Of a DNA stretch of 64,000 nt, positions 1-10,047 are shown piece by piece. The stretch's first letter is position 1, and every line of letters begins with the position of its first letter. Made by a program: the position numbers and the translations under genes. Source of the stretch: an uncultured Bacteroidales bacterium (GTDB lineage: Bacteria; Bacteroidota; Bacteroidia; Bacteroidales; UBA932). The stretch is taken from assembly GCA_900316955.1 (NCBI GenBank), contig ONEX01000001.1:630-64629 (forward strand), written 5' to 3'. The notes below the pieces were generated by a model. The model was not told the origin of the DNA. It did no database searches and was given only the letters and a program-made list of their open reading frames with translations.

Positions 1-772
1 TGAAAAGCAGCCAGTAAACGGCTCCGCGTCCGAGGACCACACGGCCCACGCCCCTTCCCGTCAGAGTATCCGGCAGGGAGGCGAAACTGCGGTTCTCCTC
101 GCGCATCGTTCCTACGGACATGCCCATGCCATAGAACATCACCTGCTGGATGATCAGCATCAGGATGGCCGATATCAGGAAGATGCTGTAGGAGAAGGCC
201 CGGTTGTAGGGATTGACATCCTCGTACAGGACGGTGTTCACCGAGGCATCGGCCTCCTGGTCCGTGAGCCCGTCCAGGGACAGACGCTCGATCTTGATCC
301 CGTTGATTTCATGCAGCATCACGAACTCGGAGCCCATGAGGAGGTTCTTGTAGTAGAGGAAGCTGCTCATGTCGGCGTAGATGCTGAAGGTCGCTGTCTC
401 CTTCGCCGCCAGGCGGTCGCCGAAATCGGACGGGAAATACACGATTCCGTTCACCTTGCGCTGCTGCAGGAGAGCTTTCGCCTCCTCCATGTCGGCGCAC
501 CGCCAGGCGATGTCCATCTCCCGCGTCGCATCCATCTCCCGGATCATGCGCCGGCTGTCACTGCAGGCGGCGTCATCGACCACGGCGATGGGCGTTTCTT
601 CCAGGATGCCGTTCCTGTACACGAAATTGTACAGGATCGGGTACAGGAATCCGGCGACGACGAAAATGATCATGACACCGCCGTCATGGAGGATGTTCCG
701 CAGTTCCAGGTTGAAGATGCGGAGGGCGTCGCCCAGCCAGCGTCCGAGGTAGGTTTCTCTAATTCCTTTCAT
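1..772 (-). CDS. ABC-2 type transporter permease (runs off left edge, partial)
   Basis: Not in ORF track; manual translation from ATG at 772: MKGIRETYLGRWLGDALRIFNLELRNILHDGGVMIIFVVAGFLYPILYNFVYRNGILEETPIAVVDD..., the same TM + PIAVVD layout as the neighbouring permease; overlaps its stop by 14 nt. Confidence 0.85.
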   Translation of the reverse strand, partial: MKGIRETYLGRWLGDALRIFNLELRNILHDGGVMIIFVVAGFLYPILYNFVYRNGILEETPIAVVDDAACSDSRRMIREMDATREMDIAWRCADMEEAKALLQQRKVNGIVYFPSDFGDRLAAKETATFSIYADMSSFLYYKNLLMGSEFVMLHEINGIKIERLSLDGLTDQEADASVNTVLYEDVNPYNRAFSYSIFLISAILMLIIQQVMFYGMGMSVGTMREENRSFASLPDTLTGRGVGRVVLGRGAVYWLLF

Positions 773-1928
773 AATCCAGATAGGTATAGGCCCTGCCCAG
801 GCGCCCCATCACCAGGAAGGGCAGGAAACAGAATGACAGGAGGGCGATGACATGGATATACCACTGCCCGAAACCGCTGCCGAAAATCCCCACTTGCACA
901 TACAGCTCATAATAATGTCGGAGCGGGTACATCATCGTCAGGCCGCGGAGGCCGGCCGGGAGGGCTTCCACCGGCAGGGTGAAGCCCGTCAGGGACAGGC
1001 CCAGCACGCTGTACAGGGCGCCGATGCTCAGCGCGAAGCGGCACACCGGGACGCAGCCGATGATGAACACAGCCACGCTTTCGGAGGCGACGACCAGCAG
1101 GAAGCAGGCCAGGAGCATCTGCCCCAGCCGGCCCGCCAGCGGGAAATGCAGCCATTCGTACAGGATGACCTCGATGGCCCAGCCGATGAGGGTGAACAGC
1201 ACCGTATAGAGGGCCATTTTCCCGCTCACCGCAGCATACATGTCATGTCCGACGGTGTCCAGCAGATGCTGGCTGGTACCGTATTTCAGTTCCGCGCCCA
1301 GCGAATAGATCAGGACGATGACCACCACCATCTGCAACATGCCAGGGATCATCATGTTCGCCAGATAGGCGCCGTAGTTCATCGTCGCGTTGCCGATCTG
1401 GTGGACGTCGACGTCCACGGGGCGGAGCAGGCCGGTCATCTCGCTCTCCGGGACACCTTTCATCCGCAGGACTTCCCGCTGCACGGCGCCCGCTGTCAGG
1501 TTCACCATCGTCAGAATGTCCTTCCAGGCTAGGGAGCCGCCCAGAAAGTACAGGCCGTTGACGTAGAAACTGAACGTCGGCTGCCGCTGTGCCTGGATGT
1601 CCCGGTTGAATCCTTCCGGGATGACGCAGATGCTGGTCACGCGGCCGCCCTGCATGTCTGCCTGGGCTTCGGAGAAGGATCCGTAATGGATCACCTTTCC
1701 CAGCTGCGTGGCATCCAGTTGCCGACAGAAGTTCCGGGAGGTGGAACTGCCGTCCAGGTCCACGATGGCAATGGGCAGGTCCGAAGGTACGCCCTGCCCC
1801 AGGAAGGTCAGGTAGAAGACCGTACAGAATGCCATGACCGCGACGGAGCCCAGGAAATAGATGGGACGGCGCGCCCAGATCCGGATTTCCCGCCGGACGA
1901 CTTTGTCTATTTTATCGAAGAAGGTCAT
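759..1928 (-). CDS. ABC-2 type transporter permease (YhhJ/YbhS-like)
   Basis: 389 aa; N-terminal TM, LPIAIVDLDGS periplasmic domain, C-terminal multi-TM with LSLTGFTLP motif; operon with HlyD/TolC. Confidence 0.9.
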   Translation of the reverse strand: MTFFDKIDKVVRREIRIWARRPIYFLGSVAVMAFCTVFYLTFLGQGVPSDLPIAIVDLDGSSTSRNFCRQLDATQLGKVIHYGSFSEAQADMQGGRVTSICVIPEGFNRDIQAQRQPTFSFYVNGLYFLGGSLAWKDILTMVNLTAGAVQREVLRMKGVPESEMTGLLRPVDVDVHQIGNATMNYGAYLANMMIPGMLQMVVVIVLIYSLGAELKYGTSQHLLDTVGHDMYAAVSGKMALYTVLFTLIGWAIEVILYEWLHFPLAGRLGQMLLACFLLVVASESVAVFIIGCVPVCRFALSIGALYSVLGLSLTGFTLPVEALPAGLRGLTMMYPLRHYYELYVQVGIFGSGFGQWYIHVIALLSFCFLPFLVMGRLGRAYTYLDYERN

Positions 1929-2908
1929 TTTACCACAAGGACAGTCATACCGGGACGGAGTCCCTCTACGCGCTCCTCGGGCACGGCGCGCACCTCGAAT
2001 GTCTTGGCGTCATACTGGTCGGTCTCCTTGGTGGCCTTCCAGGTGGCGTAGGATTCACGGACGGCCATGTAATTGACCCGGGCCTTCAGCGTCCGGCCGT
2101 CCAGGGCGGGCACTTTCACGGTCAGCGCATCGCCCGTCTGCATGCTGTGAAGTTCGTCTTCCCGGATATTGAAGGTGAACCAGATGTCGGAAAGGTCCGT
2201 CACGGTCGCGACCGGAGAGCCCTGGCCCACCAGTTCGCCCTGCTTGGGATAGACGCTGGAAACGATGCCGTCCGCCGGGGAGACGAGATAGAGTTCCTGC
2301 AGGTAGGAATCCACCTCCTGGATGGCGCCGTCGGCCTGATGGACCAGGGCGGCCGCAGCGGCGCGGTCCTCGGCCCGAGCGCCGTCCAGGGCCATGTCAT
2401 ACTGGCTCTTGGCGGCCTTCGCCTGCGCGACGGCTGCATCGTACTGCGCCTTCGTCTCGTCATATTTCTGGGCGGAGATCACTTTTTGGTCGTAAAGCGT
2501 TTTTACGCGTTCGAAGGATTTTTTCATCACGTCCTCCTGCACCAGAGCCTGCTGCCAGAGTTCATAGGCGCCGGCAATCTGTTCCTTGCGGGCTCCGTTG
2601 CGGGCCTTGGCGCTCTGCGCCTGGGCCGCACTGCGCGCAGCCTGCGCCTGGGCGAGTTTCGCCCGAACCTGCGGCGAATCAATGAACGCCACCGTATCGC
2701 CTTTATGGACTTGCTGTCCTTCCCGGCAGTAAAGTTCCGTCACATGGCCGGGAACCATGCAGGAAATGCGATATTCCGTCGCTTCGGCCTCGCCCTGGAT
2801 CACCCGGGGACAGGGTTTGCTCACCAGATAGCCCACCAGGGCGATCAGGAGCACTACGCCCACCAGGGCGCCCACTCCGATGAGGAGATTGTAATTTTTC
2901 TTTGCCAT
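1925..2908 (-). CDS. HlyD family efflux membrane-fusion protein
   Basis: 327 aa; single N-terminal TM, lipoyl-like halves (VPGHVTELYCREGQQVHKGD; SPADGIVSSV), Ala/Gln coiled coil, GLRPGMTV end. Confidence 0.92.
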   Translation of the reverse strand: MAKKNYNLLIGVGALVGVVLLIALVGYLVSKPCPRVIQGEAEATEYRISCMVPGHVTELYCREGQQVHKGDTVAFIDSPQVRAKLAQAQAARSAAQAQSAKARNGARKEQIAGAYELWQQALVQEDVMKKSFERVKTLYDQKVISAQKYDETKAQYDAAVAQAKAAKSQYDMALDGARAEDRAAAAALVHQADGAIQEVDSYLQELYLVSPADGIVSSVYPKQGELVGQGSPVATVTDLSDIWFTFNIREDELHSMQTGDALTVKVPALDGRTLKARVNYMAVRESYATWKATKETDQYDAKTFEVRAVPEERVEGLRPGMTVLVVK

Positions 2909-2927
2909 GTTGCTTATTTCTTTTGTT

Positions 2928-4517
2928 TTATTTCATTCCTTCGGCCTTGCGGAGCGCGGCCGCGGCCATCTGCAGTTCGGTGCCCGCATCCAGGCAGTCG
3001 CTGTGGGCGGAAAGCCATGCGGTCTGGGCGGAGAGGACCGTGCTGGTGGAGATGACCCCCGCCTCGAAACCGATGGTGGCCGTACGGAGGTTCTCCTCGG
3101 CACTGTCGAGATTGGCCTGCGCCATGGACAGTTTCTCCCGCGCTTCGCCATAGGCCTTGCGCTCACGGGTGACCTGGAGTTCGATCTTTTCCTTCGCATC
3201 CTCCAGCTGGGTGCGGTACAGGGAAGCCTCCGCCTGTGCCTTGCGGTACTTGTTCGTGTTCTCGAGCCCATGGAAGAGTGGGATGTTCACCATCACGCCG
3301 GTGCTCAGCATCCCCCCGTTCCAGGTCTTCTGGATACCGTTGAAGGGATTCGGGTTGGAAACCAGCCAGTTCGCCGTCAGGGCAACCTTGGGAAGGCCGT
3401 CGGCGCGGATCACCTTTGCCTTGGCGTCATAGATGCGGGAGGCAAGCTCCAGGCTACGGGTTTCCGGCCGGTCGGCATAGATGTCATCCAAGGATTTGTC
3501 CCGGGGGCATTCCGGGAGGGGGACCATATCCAGGTGTTCGTCGGCCAGTTCGATGTCGCTGTCCAGCGGCAGGCCGATTCGCTGGCACAGCAGCATCTTC
3601 GCCAGGGTAAGGCCGTTCGTGGCCTTGGTCCGGAGCATATCGGCCTCATTGGCCTTGACCTTGATCTGGAGGGCGTCGGATTCGGTCATGACGCCAGCCT
3701 TCACGGAAGCGTTCACGTCGGATTCAAGCGTGTGGAGAAGGTCCGCATAGGATTCCGAGAGGCGTTTCTTGCCGGCGATGGAGACGATCTGCCAGTAGGC
3801 CTGTTCCACGTCCAGGACCACCTGCGACTCTTCCATGTCATACTTGGACTGCGCCAGGTCCTCCCCCAATGCGGCCATCTTGTTGGAATACAGGATCTTT
3901 CCACCCACGAACACGGGCTGCTGCACCGTCACGGCCCCCATCCAGATGTTGTGCAGGTCGGGATGAAGCGCCTTGTCGATGTCCGCACCGATGGCGTTCA
4001 CCGGCTCGGAAATATCCGGAAGCTGAAGTTGTACAAGGGAAGAAGGGTCCATCTTCTGAAGCATTCCGAGAACCGTCTGCCACATGGGGCTGGACATATA
4101 TTCCTGTGCCAGCGCCGGATTGGTCTGGATGGCCGTCATGAGCTGGGTCATCGTACCGGTCATGGCCTGCGACATGGCCCCGGAGAGCTGTTCCTCCATG
4201 GAAGCGGCTGCACCCTCCATGACGCCCTGCATGATCGATCCTGCGCCCTGGAGCATCGAAGACTGGAATTCATCGACAAGGGCGATGTCCCGGTTGTTAT
4301 ACAGATAGGCGCCCGTGGCGCTGACGGTGGGGAAATAGTTCGCCAGGGCGATTTTCCGGTCAAAGCCGGCCATTTCGATTCGGGTGCGGGCCTGCTGGAG
4401 ATCCTTGTCGGCCTGGAGGGCCATTGCACGACAGTCATCCAGTGTGAGTCGCTGCGGCTGGGCGGTCAAGGGAAGGACCGGCAGGAGCAGGGCAAGTATG
4501 AGCGCTTCTTTTTTCAT
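2928..4517 (-). CDS. TolC family outer membrane efflux protein
   Basis: Start moved to MKKEALIL (4517), giving a clean signal peptide; ANYFPTVSATGAY and LPKVAL..VNIPLF OEP repeats. Confidence 0.9.
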   Translation of the reverse strand: MKKEALILALLLPVLPLTAQPQRLTLDDCRAMALQADKDLQQARTRIEMAGFDRKIALANYFPTVSATGAYLYNNRDIALVDEFQSSMLQGAGSIMQGVMEGAAASMEEQLSGAMSQAMTGTMTQLMTAIQTNPALAQEYMSSPMWQTVLGMLQKMDPSSLVQLQLPDISEPVNAIGADIDKALHPDLHNIWMGAVTVQQPVFVGGKILYSNKMAALGEDLAQSKYDMEESQVVLDVEQAYWQIVSIAGKKRLSESYADLLHTLESDVNASVKAGVMTESDALQIKVKANEADMLRTKATNGLTLAKMLLCQRIGLPLDSDIELADEHLDMVPLPECPRDKSLDDIYADRPETRSLELASRIYDAKAKVIRADGLPKVALTANWLVSNPNPFNGIQKTWNGGMLSTGVMVNIPLFHGLENTNKYRKAQAEASLYRTQLEDAKEKIELQVTRERKAYGEAREKLSMAQANLDSAEENLRTATIGFEAGVISTSTVLSAQTAWLSAHSDCLDAGTELQMAAAALRKAEGMK

Positions 4518-4568
4518 CTTTATACCTTTTGACATTTTATCAGTCATTTTCATTTCGTTGAAAGCGAG

Positions 4569-4681
4569 TGCAAAGATACGGCCATTTTACGCCAAATTAT
4601 GTATAAAATAGCCACTAATAATTATCTTTTGGTCGAAATATGCGAATTTTTGCAAATATCCAAAGAAAATCCTTATCTTTG
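4569..4681. promoter_or_regulatory. Divergent Bacteroidetes -7 promoters (efflux operon / AraC)
   Basis: TATCTTTG(CA) on minus strand at 4569-4578 and on plus strand at 4674-4681, matching TAnnTTTG. Confidence 0.65.
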
Positions 4682-4704
4682 CAAAAAGCGAAAAAAGAAT
4701 AATT

Positions 4705-5637
4705 ATGGCTGAAGCACCCCAGACCATCGACCTCCAGCGGATCAAGGCACTGGCCCCTGTCATCGAAGAAATGAGCATCGACGACGACTTAGTCATCGGC
4801 GAAGTGAGCGGAAAGCGCGTAGAAAAGAACGAAGCTATCCTGCGGATGCTCCAATATCCCGTCCGCTTCGACGGGTTCATCATTTTCTATCTGAAAAAAG
4901 GACATTTCACGGTGGACGTGAACCTCAATTCTTATGAAGTACGGGAGAAATCCCTCATGATCCAGGCTCCAGGGAATATCGTAAAAGTGTCCCAATACGA
5001 TCAGGAACGGATCGGTGACATGGAAATGATCTTCGTCCTGATCTCCAAGGCTTTCATGTCCGGCATCCGGTTCGACATGCTGAAAGTCTTCCAGGACAGC
5101 CTGCGTCTGCTGGACAATCCGTGCATCACCCTGGACGAATTCCAGATGTCCCTGGCCAACGACTACTTCAACCTGGCCCGGAAAATCGTCGGCGCCCCTT
5201 TCACGAACAAAAAGGAAATCATCGGCTCTCTCCTGACTTCCCTCACCTATCTGTCCACCGACGTATGGGCGCAGCAGGTGGACGAAGCCCGGAAGAATTC
5301 CGATTCCCAACGCTCCGCCCGTCTGAACCAGATCTTCGAACGTTTCATCGCCCTGGTAAACGAGTACCACTGCTCCGAGCGAGGCATGGCCTTCTATGCG
5401 GACAAACTGTGCCTGACCCCTAAATACCTGTCCACGCTCATCAAGCAGGCCTCCGGCCGCTCCGCTCCCGACTGGATTGACGACTTCGTCATTCTGGAAG
5501 CGAAGAATCTATTGAAATACACCGACTTGGCCATCAAGGAAATCGTCTATAAGCTCCATTTCCCCAACCAGTCCGTCTTCTTCAAGTTCTTCAAAGCCCA
5601 TACCGGCCTCACTCCATCCGAGTACCGGAACGCCTGA
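4705..5637 (+). CDS. AraC family transcriptional regulator
   Basis: 310 aa; C-terminal FYADKLCLTPKYLS...IKEIVYKLHFPNQSVFFKFFKAHTGLTPSEYR double HTH. Confidence 0.95.
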   Translation: MAEAPQTIDLQRIKALAPVIEEMSIDDDLVIGEVSGKRVEKNEAILRMLQYPVRFDGFIIFYLKKGHFTVDVNLNSYEVREKSLMIQAPGNIVKVSQYDQERIGDMEMIFVLISKAFMSGIRFDMLKVFQDSLRLLDNPCITLDEFQMSLANDYFNLARKIVGAPFTNKKEIIGSLLTSLTYLSTDVWAQQVDEARKNSDSQRSARLNQIFERFIALVNEYHCSERGMAFYADKLCLTPKYLSTLIKQASGRSAPDWIDDFVILEAKNLLKYTDLAIKEIVYKLHFPNQSVFFKFFKAHTGLTPSEYRNA

Positions 5638-5855
5638 CAGTCCACCGCCGACCGATTGGATTGTCATTATCATTGAAACCCTCGTCATGACCGCGGCGTT
5701 CACGGCCATGATCCTCATTCCCCAGCCGGGAAGGGTGCGCGACGTGTCCTATGGTATTCGATGCGCAAAGGATTCGATGGTGGTTCCCGGGTCGGAGCAA
5801 GGCACATAACAAACGGGCGAAGGAAAGAGATCCAGAGTAATCGCCCGGAAGGACG

Positions 5856-6311
5856 CTAATTGTCTGTAGGCGTGAGGATCAGATTGCCGCTGAGCCGGTA
5901 TTCTCCACGGACTGTTGTGAAACAGGCATCTTTGAATTGGAGGATGAGCCGGTTGCTTGACTTGTCTTTCAAGTAGATGTGTCCACTTGTCAGTTCGCTT
6001 GCATAATCTTCCGAATTGCTGGAGAGGGAGAGGCCGAAGTGGCAGTTTTGCAAAGCGATTTCTTCTCCAACGCTTGTTTTTTTGTCAAAAAGGAAAAACA
6101 GCGTGATGCAATCACTCACCTTCTTCCCTCCGGTAAAGGCGATGACGTCGTACTGACCACTCCCGTTATCGGCAAACACGTGCGTCGAGAAAGTGAGGTT
6201 TCCCGCATCCGGCGTAGTCATGACAAGAGAATTCACCGAAGGTAACCGCTCACATCCGGACATCATCAAGAGTGCGAGACAGGCAAGGAACAGGTGGACG
6301 AATCTTTTCAT
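5856..6311 (-). CDS. Hypothetical lipoprotein
   Basis: 151 aa; lipobox-like LMMSGC after hydrophobic stretch. Confidence 0.65.
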   Translation of the reverse strand: MKRFVHLFLACLALLMMSGCERLPSVNSLVMTTPDAGNLTFSTHVFADNGSGQYDVIAFTGGKKVSDCITLFFLFDKKTSVGEEIALQNCHFGLSLSSNSEDYASELTSGHIYLKDKSSNRLILQFKDACFTTVRGEYRLSGNLILTPTDN

Positions 6312-6400
6312 GGCTTAATCTGTTAATTTAGCGACTTCTACTTGGACGTCAATGACCTCCGATTGCAAAGATAACAACACACACATACAAATCCAACAAT

Positions 6401-6538
6401 ACGTTGACCAGCTTGCCTTTTTTATCAAACTTGAGTTCCAGTCCGCTGGCAAGTTCAATCCCATGACCCAAAGTCTCTTTGTCAATCTTGACGATGACCT
6501 GGCCCGGGAAACTCTGCCGGACATAATCGGCGATGGCG
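6401..6538 (-). pseudogene. Orphan 138-bp copy of the 3' part of the PepSY-like gene at 17242-17685
   Basis: 136/138 identical to 17252-17389 by manual alignment, same orientation; lacks 5' part and stop codon. Confidence 0.85.
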
Positions 6539-6547
6539 TCGGCTTTG

Positions 6548-8152
6548 CTAGTGTCTGAAGTTGAAGCGGATATCTGCCGGAATCCTCTCCAGGCCCAGAT
6601 TCAGGCGGTCGGATTCGTAGTCGGAACAAGGCTTGGCGTACCGGGCCTCGAACTGCTCGGCATAGGTTCTGTCACCGGTCGCCTGCGTCTTGAGAACAAG
6701 GGCGGTAAGGTTTGAAAGGGCCTTTTCCATCTTCTTGAAATCCAGGGAATACTTTCCCGAAGCCTTGCGCTGGAAGGCACCGGCCTCCGCCAGGTAATTA
6801 TAGATGATGATATTGGCCCGGCCCAACGCGGAACCCTCTCCGAAGCGCTCCGAACGTACCAGGGAGGCGAAGAACGTGGCCAAGGCGTCTTCTTTCGTGA
6901 ACAGATGATGGATGTCGAAATGCTCCTGCAGCATACAAACCAAAAGGACTCCGGCGGCATTGGCCTTCACTTCCTCTAGGGTGGCGGCCATACCGCCCAG
7001 CGCCTCTTCCACGCTGCCTTTTCCGTTGACGGTTTCCTTGACACCCAAACCATGGGCGACCTCCCGGAAACCGATGTTCCAGAAGAAGGCGTTCGCCGAC
7101 AGATGCTCGGCGTAATCAGGTTCGAGAAGGACGATTCCGCTCGGGCTGACGATGAGGTTGTACTTGGTGCGGATGATGTTTTCCAGCAGGATAGTGCGAG
7201 TGCCGCGGCCCTGCTGGACCTCTTTGTCAAAGGGCAGGTTCAGGGCGATGACCTTTACGCCCGCATTGGCCTTGCCGGCATAGTAGAGGGCATCGCAGGC
7301 AAAGATCTCGGAGCCGGCACCGGGCTGGAAGGTCTTGTAGGCGGGATCTCCGGGGAATTTCTCCTGGAATTCAGCGATCCGGGATACATACTGCATCAGT
7401 TCCCGGGTGTGCGCCTCATTTTTCAGCAGGACGAACGCCTCGTAGGATCGTTTGATGCCCATCAGCTGATCATCCGTCACTTCGTTGGGGCCGATAACCA
7501 AGTCCATCTTACTGTCTTCCATATCCAGCCAGGCGAGAGAACTCTCATAATAACGGTCTGTCCTGAGGGCTTCCGCCTTGCTGAGCAGATAGGCCGCCAC
7601 GCTGGGCTTGATGGTAATGTCGGCCGCAGCCTTCAGATAATCACCGATCTTGTCGATATGTTCCTTGTAGGCGTCGTGGTACCACAAAGTCTTCAGGGAC
7701 CCGTCCGGAGCGCGGCGGATCAGGGTATAAGGGCTGTTCTTGTCCGGGTTGTCCCAGGCATCGAACTCCTCCCTGGTCATATCCGCCGGGTAAAAACCGG
7801 CACCGGGAAGACGGTCGGCATAGCCTTTCACGAAAGATTTTCCCGTGGCCCGGTCCCAGGGACCGTAATTGATTTCGGCGAAAGTCTTTTGGACGGGATC
7901 CGTTATCCCCTCCAGAAGGTCCTCCCTGCTTCCGAAATACTGTTCCCAGTAGATGGCGTCTACCTCGTCCGCCGCAAAGCGGTAGAGGTTGAGGACTTCC
8001 TTACCGTTGTCGGAAATACCGCTGAGGTCCGGAGCCTTGATGTCAACGACGGCATATTTCGCCACGTCCCAGGCGAACGGCGATTCCGTATTTTTGCACG
8101 CCACTGCGGAGAGCAGGGCGAGAATCGTTAATGCTGCTGTACAATTTTTCAT
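6548..8152 (-). CDS. Peptidase M49 (DPP III)-like Zn-dependent hydrolase lipoprotein with atypical REVAH motif
   Basis: 534 aa; lipobox LSAVAC; GAGFYPADMT, IALNLP, GTRTILLENI, FREVAHGLG...LEEVKAN match the family layout. Confidence 0.8.
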   Translation of the reverse strand: MKNCTAALTILALLSAVACKNTESPFAWDVAKYAVVDIKAPDLSGISDNGKEVLNLYRFAADEVDAIYWEQYFGSREDLLEGITDPVQKTFAEINYGPWDRATGKSFVKGYADRLPGAGFYPADMTREEFDAWDNPDKNSPYTLIRRAPDGSLKTLWYHDAYKEHIDKIGDYLKAAADITIKPSVAAYLLSKAEALRTDRYYESSLAWLDMEDSKMDLVIGPNEVTDDQLMGIKRSYEAFVLLKNEAHTRELMQYVSRIAEFQEKFPGDPAYKTFQPGAGSEIFACDALYYAGKANAGVKVIALNLPFDKEVQQGRGTRTILLENIIRTKYNLIVSPSGIVLLEPDYAEHLSANAFFWNIGFREVAHGLGVKETVNGKGSVEEALGGMAATLEEVKANAAGVLLVCMLQEHFDIHHLFTKEDALATFFASLVRSERFGEGSALGRANIIIYNYLAEAGAFQRKASGKYSLDFKKMEKALSNLTALVLKTQATGDRTYAEQFEARYAKPCSDYESDRLNLGLERIPADIRFNFRH

Positions 8153-8228
8153 GATAAGCGATTTTTAAAAGTGAATTCAAATTCCTGAAGCGCAATAAAA
8201 CAAAAGCCTGGGTAACCCATCGCAGTCA

Positions 8229-9914
8229 TCAGCCGAAAGAGATCAGGATCAGCAGCTGAGCCACCAGCACGCGCAAAAACATCGACAGCGGATAGACTGT
8301 CGCGTAATTGACGGAGGTGTAGTCGCTTCCGTACATCCCCTGCGCAAAGGCGAGCACGGGCGGATTGGTGCAGGAGCCGGAAATGAGGCCGCAGATCTGG
8401 TAGAAGTTCAGATGGCACAAGGCCCGGGATACGATGAACGTGATGCAAAGCGGGACGATGGTGATCAGCGCGCCGTACAGGATCCACCAGTAACCGCCGT
8501 TCACGATGGAGCTGACGAAGTTCTCGCCGGCGCCGAGGCCTACGGCGGCGAGGAACAGGGAGATGCCGATTTCGCGGATCATCAGGTTGGCACTCATGGT
8601 GGTATAGGTCGTGATCTTGTATTTCGGCCCGAAATGGCCGAGCAGGATGGCGATGATGAGCGGGCCGCCGGCCAACCCCAGTTTGATAGCCTGCGGGATA
8701 CCCGGGAAACGGATGGGCACGGAGCCGAAAATGATGCCCACGACGATACCGAGGAAGATCGGCACCAGATTGGGGTTGTCCAGGGCGCTGCTGGCGTTGC
8801 CAACCGTCCCGGCTACGCGCTTGATGTGATCCTCGGGGCCGACACAAATCAGGGCGTCGCCCATTTGCAGGTACAGGTCGGGACGGGCGACCAGTTCCAC
8901 ACCGGAGCGGATGACGCGGGTCACGCTCACTCCGTATGCGCCGCGGAAATGCAGGTCCTTGAGCTTCTTGCCGGTCATGGAAGATTTCGTGACGGTCACG
9001 CGGCGGGTGACGAGATGGTGGTCTTTCTGAACCCAATCCTGTACATGCATGGGCACTTCCTGGCCAAAGAGGATGCGGATCTTGTCCACCTCGCCCTGAG
9101 AGGTGACCACCAGGATCTTGTCACCCTCGTCCAGGACGGTTTCCCCGGTCGGGAAGATGACTTCGTCGCCTTTCATGATTCGGGAGACGACGAAATCGTC
9201 GCCGAACTTTTGCAGGATGTCGGACAGTTTCTTGCCGAAGATGGCCGGATTCTCCACGGCGAGGTGCATACGCCGCGCCTGGCCCGTACTGCCTTCCCGG
9301 GACTCCAGTTCGGCGAGTTCCCTGGCCGGGTCGATCTTGAAAAGGCTCTTCCCGAAGATCAGGACCAGGATGACGCCGAGAACGCCGATTGGATAGGCGA
9401 CGGCATAGCCGGATGCAAGGTCGGAAGCAATCTGTGAGGCGGCTGCGGGGTCCATGCCGCCGGAAGCGGCCACGTCGATGAAGGTCTGCTGGGCGGCGCC
9501 AAGACCCGGGGTGTTGGTCACAGCACCGGACATCACACCCACCATGGTCTTGAGATCTTCCCCCGTGACGGCCGACAGGGCCAGGGTAACTCCGACGGCG
9601 AGGAGTATGTTCATCATGGCCAGGAGATTCATCTTTACACCTCCGGACTTGAACGAGTGGAAAAAGCCGGGACCGACCTGAAGGCCGATGGAGAAGACGA
9701 ACAGGATGAGGCCGAACTCCTTGACGAAATGGAGGATCTCCGGGTCTGCACGCAAACCGAAATGACTCAGGAGGATACCGATGAACAGGATCCAGGTTGA
9801 CCCCAGGGAAACGCCCTTGACCTTGAACCTGCCCAGGTAGATGCCGACGCCGATCGTGAGGGCGAGCAGCAGTATGGAATGGGCAATCCCTTGCCCGATG
9901 AAAAGTTCCTGCAT
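8229..9914 (-). CDS. AspT/YidE/YbjL family antiporter with two TrkA-C domains
   Basis: Start moved to MQELF (9914); GLQVGPGFF, GAVTNTPGLGAA, GGPLIIAI, GSCTNPPVLAFA, YATVYPL motifs. Confidence 0.92.
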   Translation of the reverse strand: MQELFIGQGIAHSILLLALTIGVGIYLGRFKVKGVSLGSTWILFIGILLSHFGLRADPEILHFVKEFGLILFVFSIGLQVGPGFFHSFKSGGVKMNLLAMMNILLAVGVTLALSAVTGEDLKTMVGVMSGAVTNTPGLGAAQQTFIDVAASGGMDPAAASQIASDLASGYAVAYPIGVLGVILVLIFGKSLFKIDPARELAELESREGSTGQARRMHLAVENPAIFGKKLSDILQKFGDDFVVSRIMKGDEVIFPTGETVLDEGDKILVVTSQGEVDKIRILFGQEVPMHVQDWVQKDHHLVTRRVTVTKSSMTGKKLKDLHFRGAYGVSVTRVIRSGVELVARPDLYLQMGDALICVGPEDHIKRVAGTVGNASSALDNPNLVPIFLGIVVGIIFGSVPIRFPGIPQAIKLGLAGGPLIIAILLGHFGPKYKITTYTTMSANLMIREIGISLFLAAVGLGAGENFVSSIVNGGYWWILYGALITIVPLCITFIVSRALCHLNFYQICGLISGSCTNPPVLAFAQGMYGSDYTSVNYATVYPLSMFLRVLVAQLLILISFG

Positions 9915-10047
9915 AGCCTGTAACAAATAAATGTACAAAGATAGTGGAAATCTTGCGCTCTTTCTATTGATGAATCGAGTTTCTTTCAATAAAAATTATA
10001 GTTATTATCAATAAATATGACTATATTTGCTTGCGGATCGGACCGGT

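Noticed and set aside
1-4517. Efflux operon lacking an ABC ATPase as a novelty
   Set aside because: The operon runs off the left edge, so the ATPase may lie outside the window
5638-5855. Intergenic stretch with short ORFs
   Set aside because: No convincing coding signal, repeat or stable structure found by eye
9960-10047. TATTGA/TCAATA repeats as a special element
   Set aside because: Consistent with a routine LysR binding region between divergent genes
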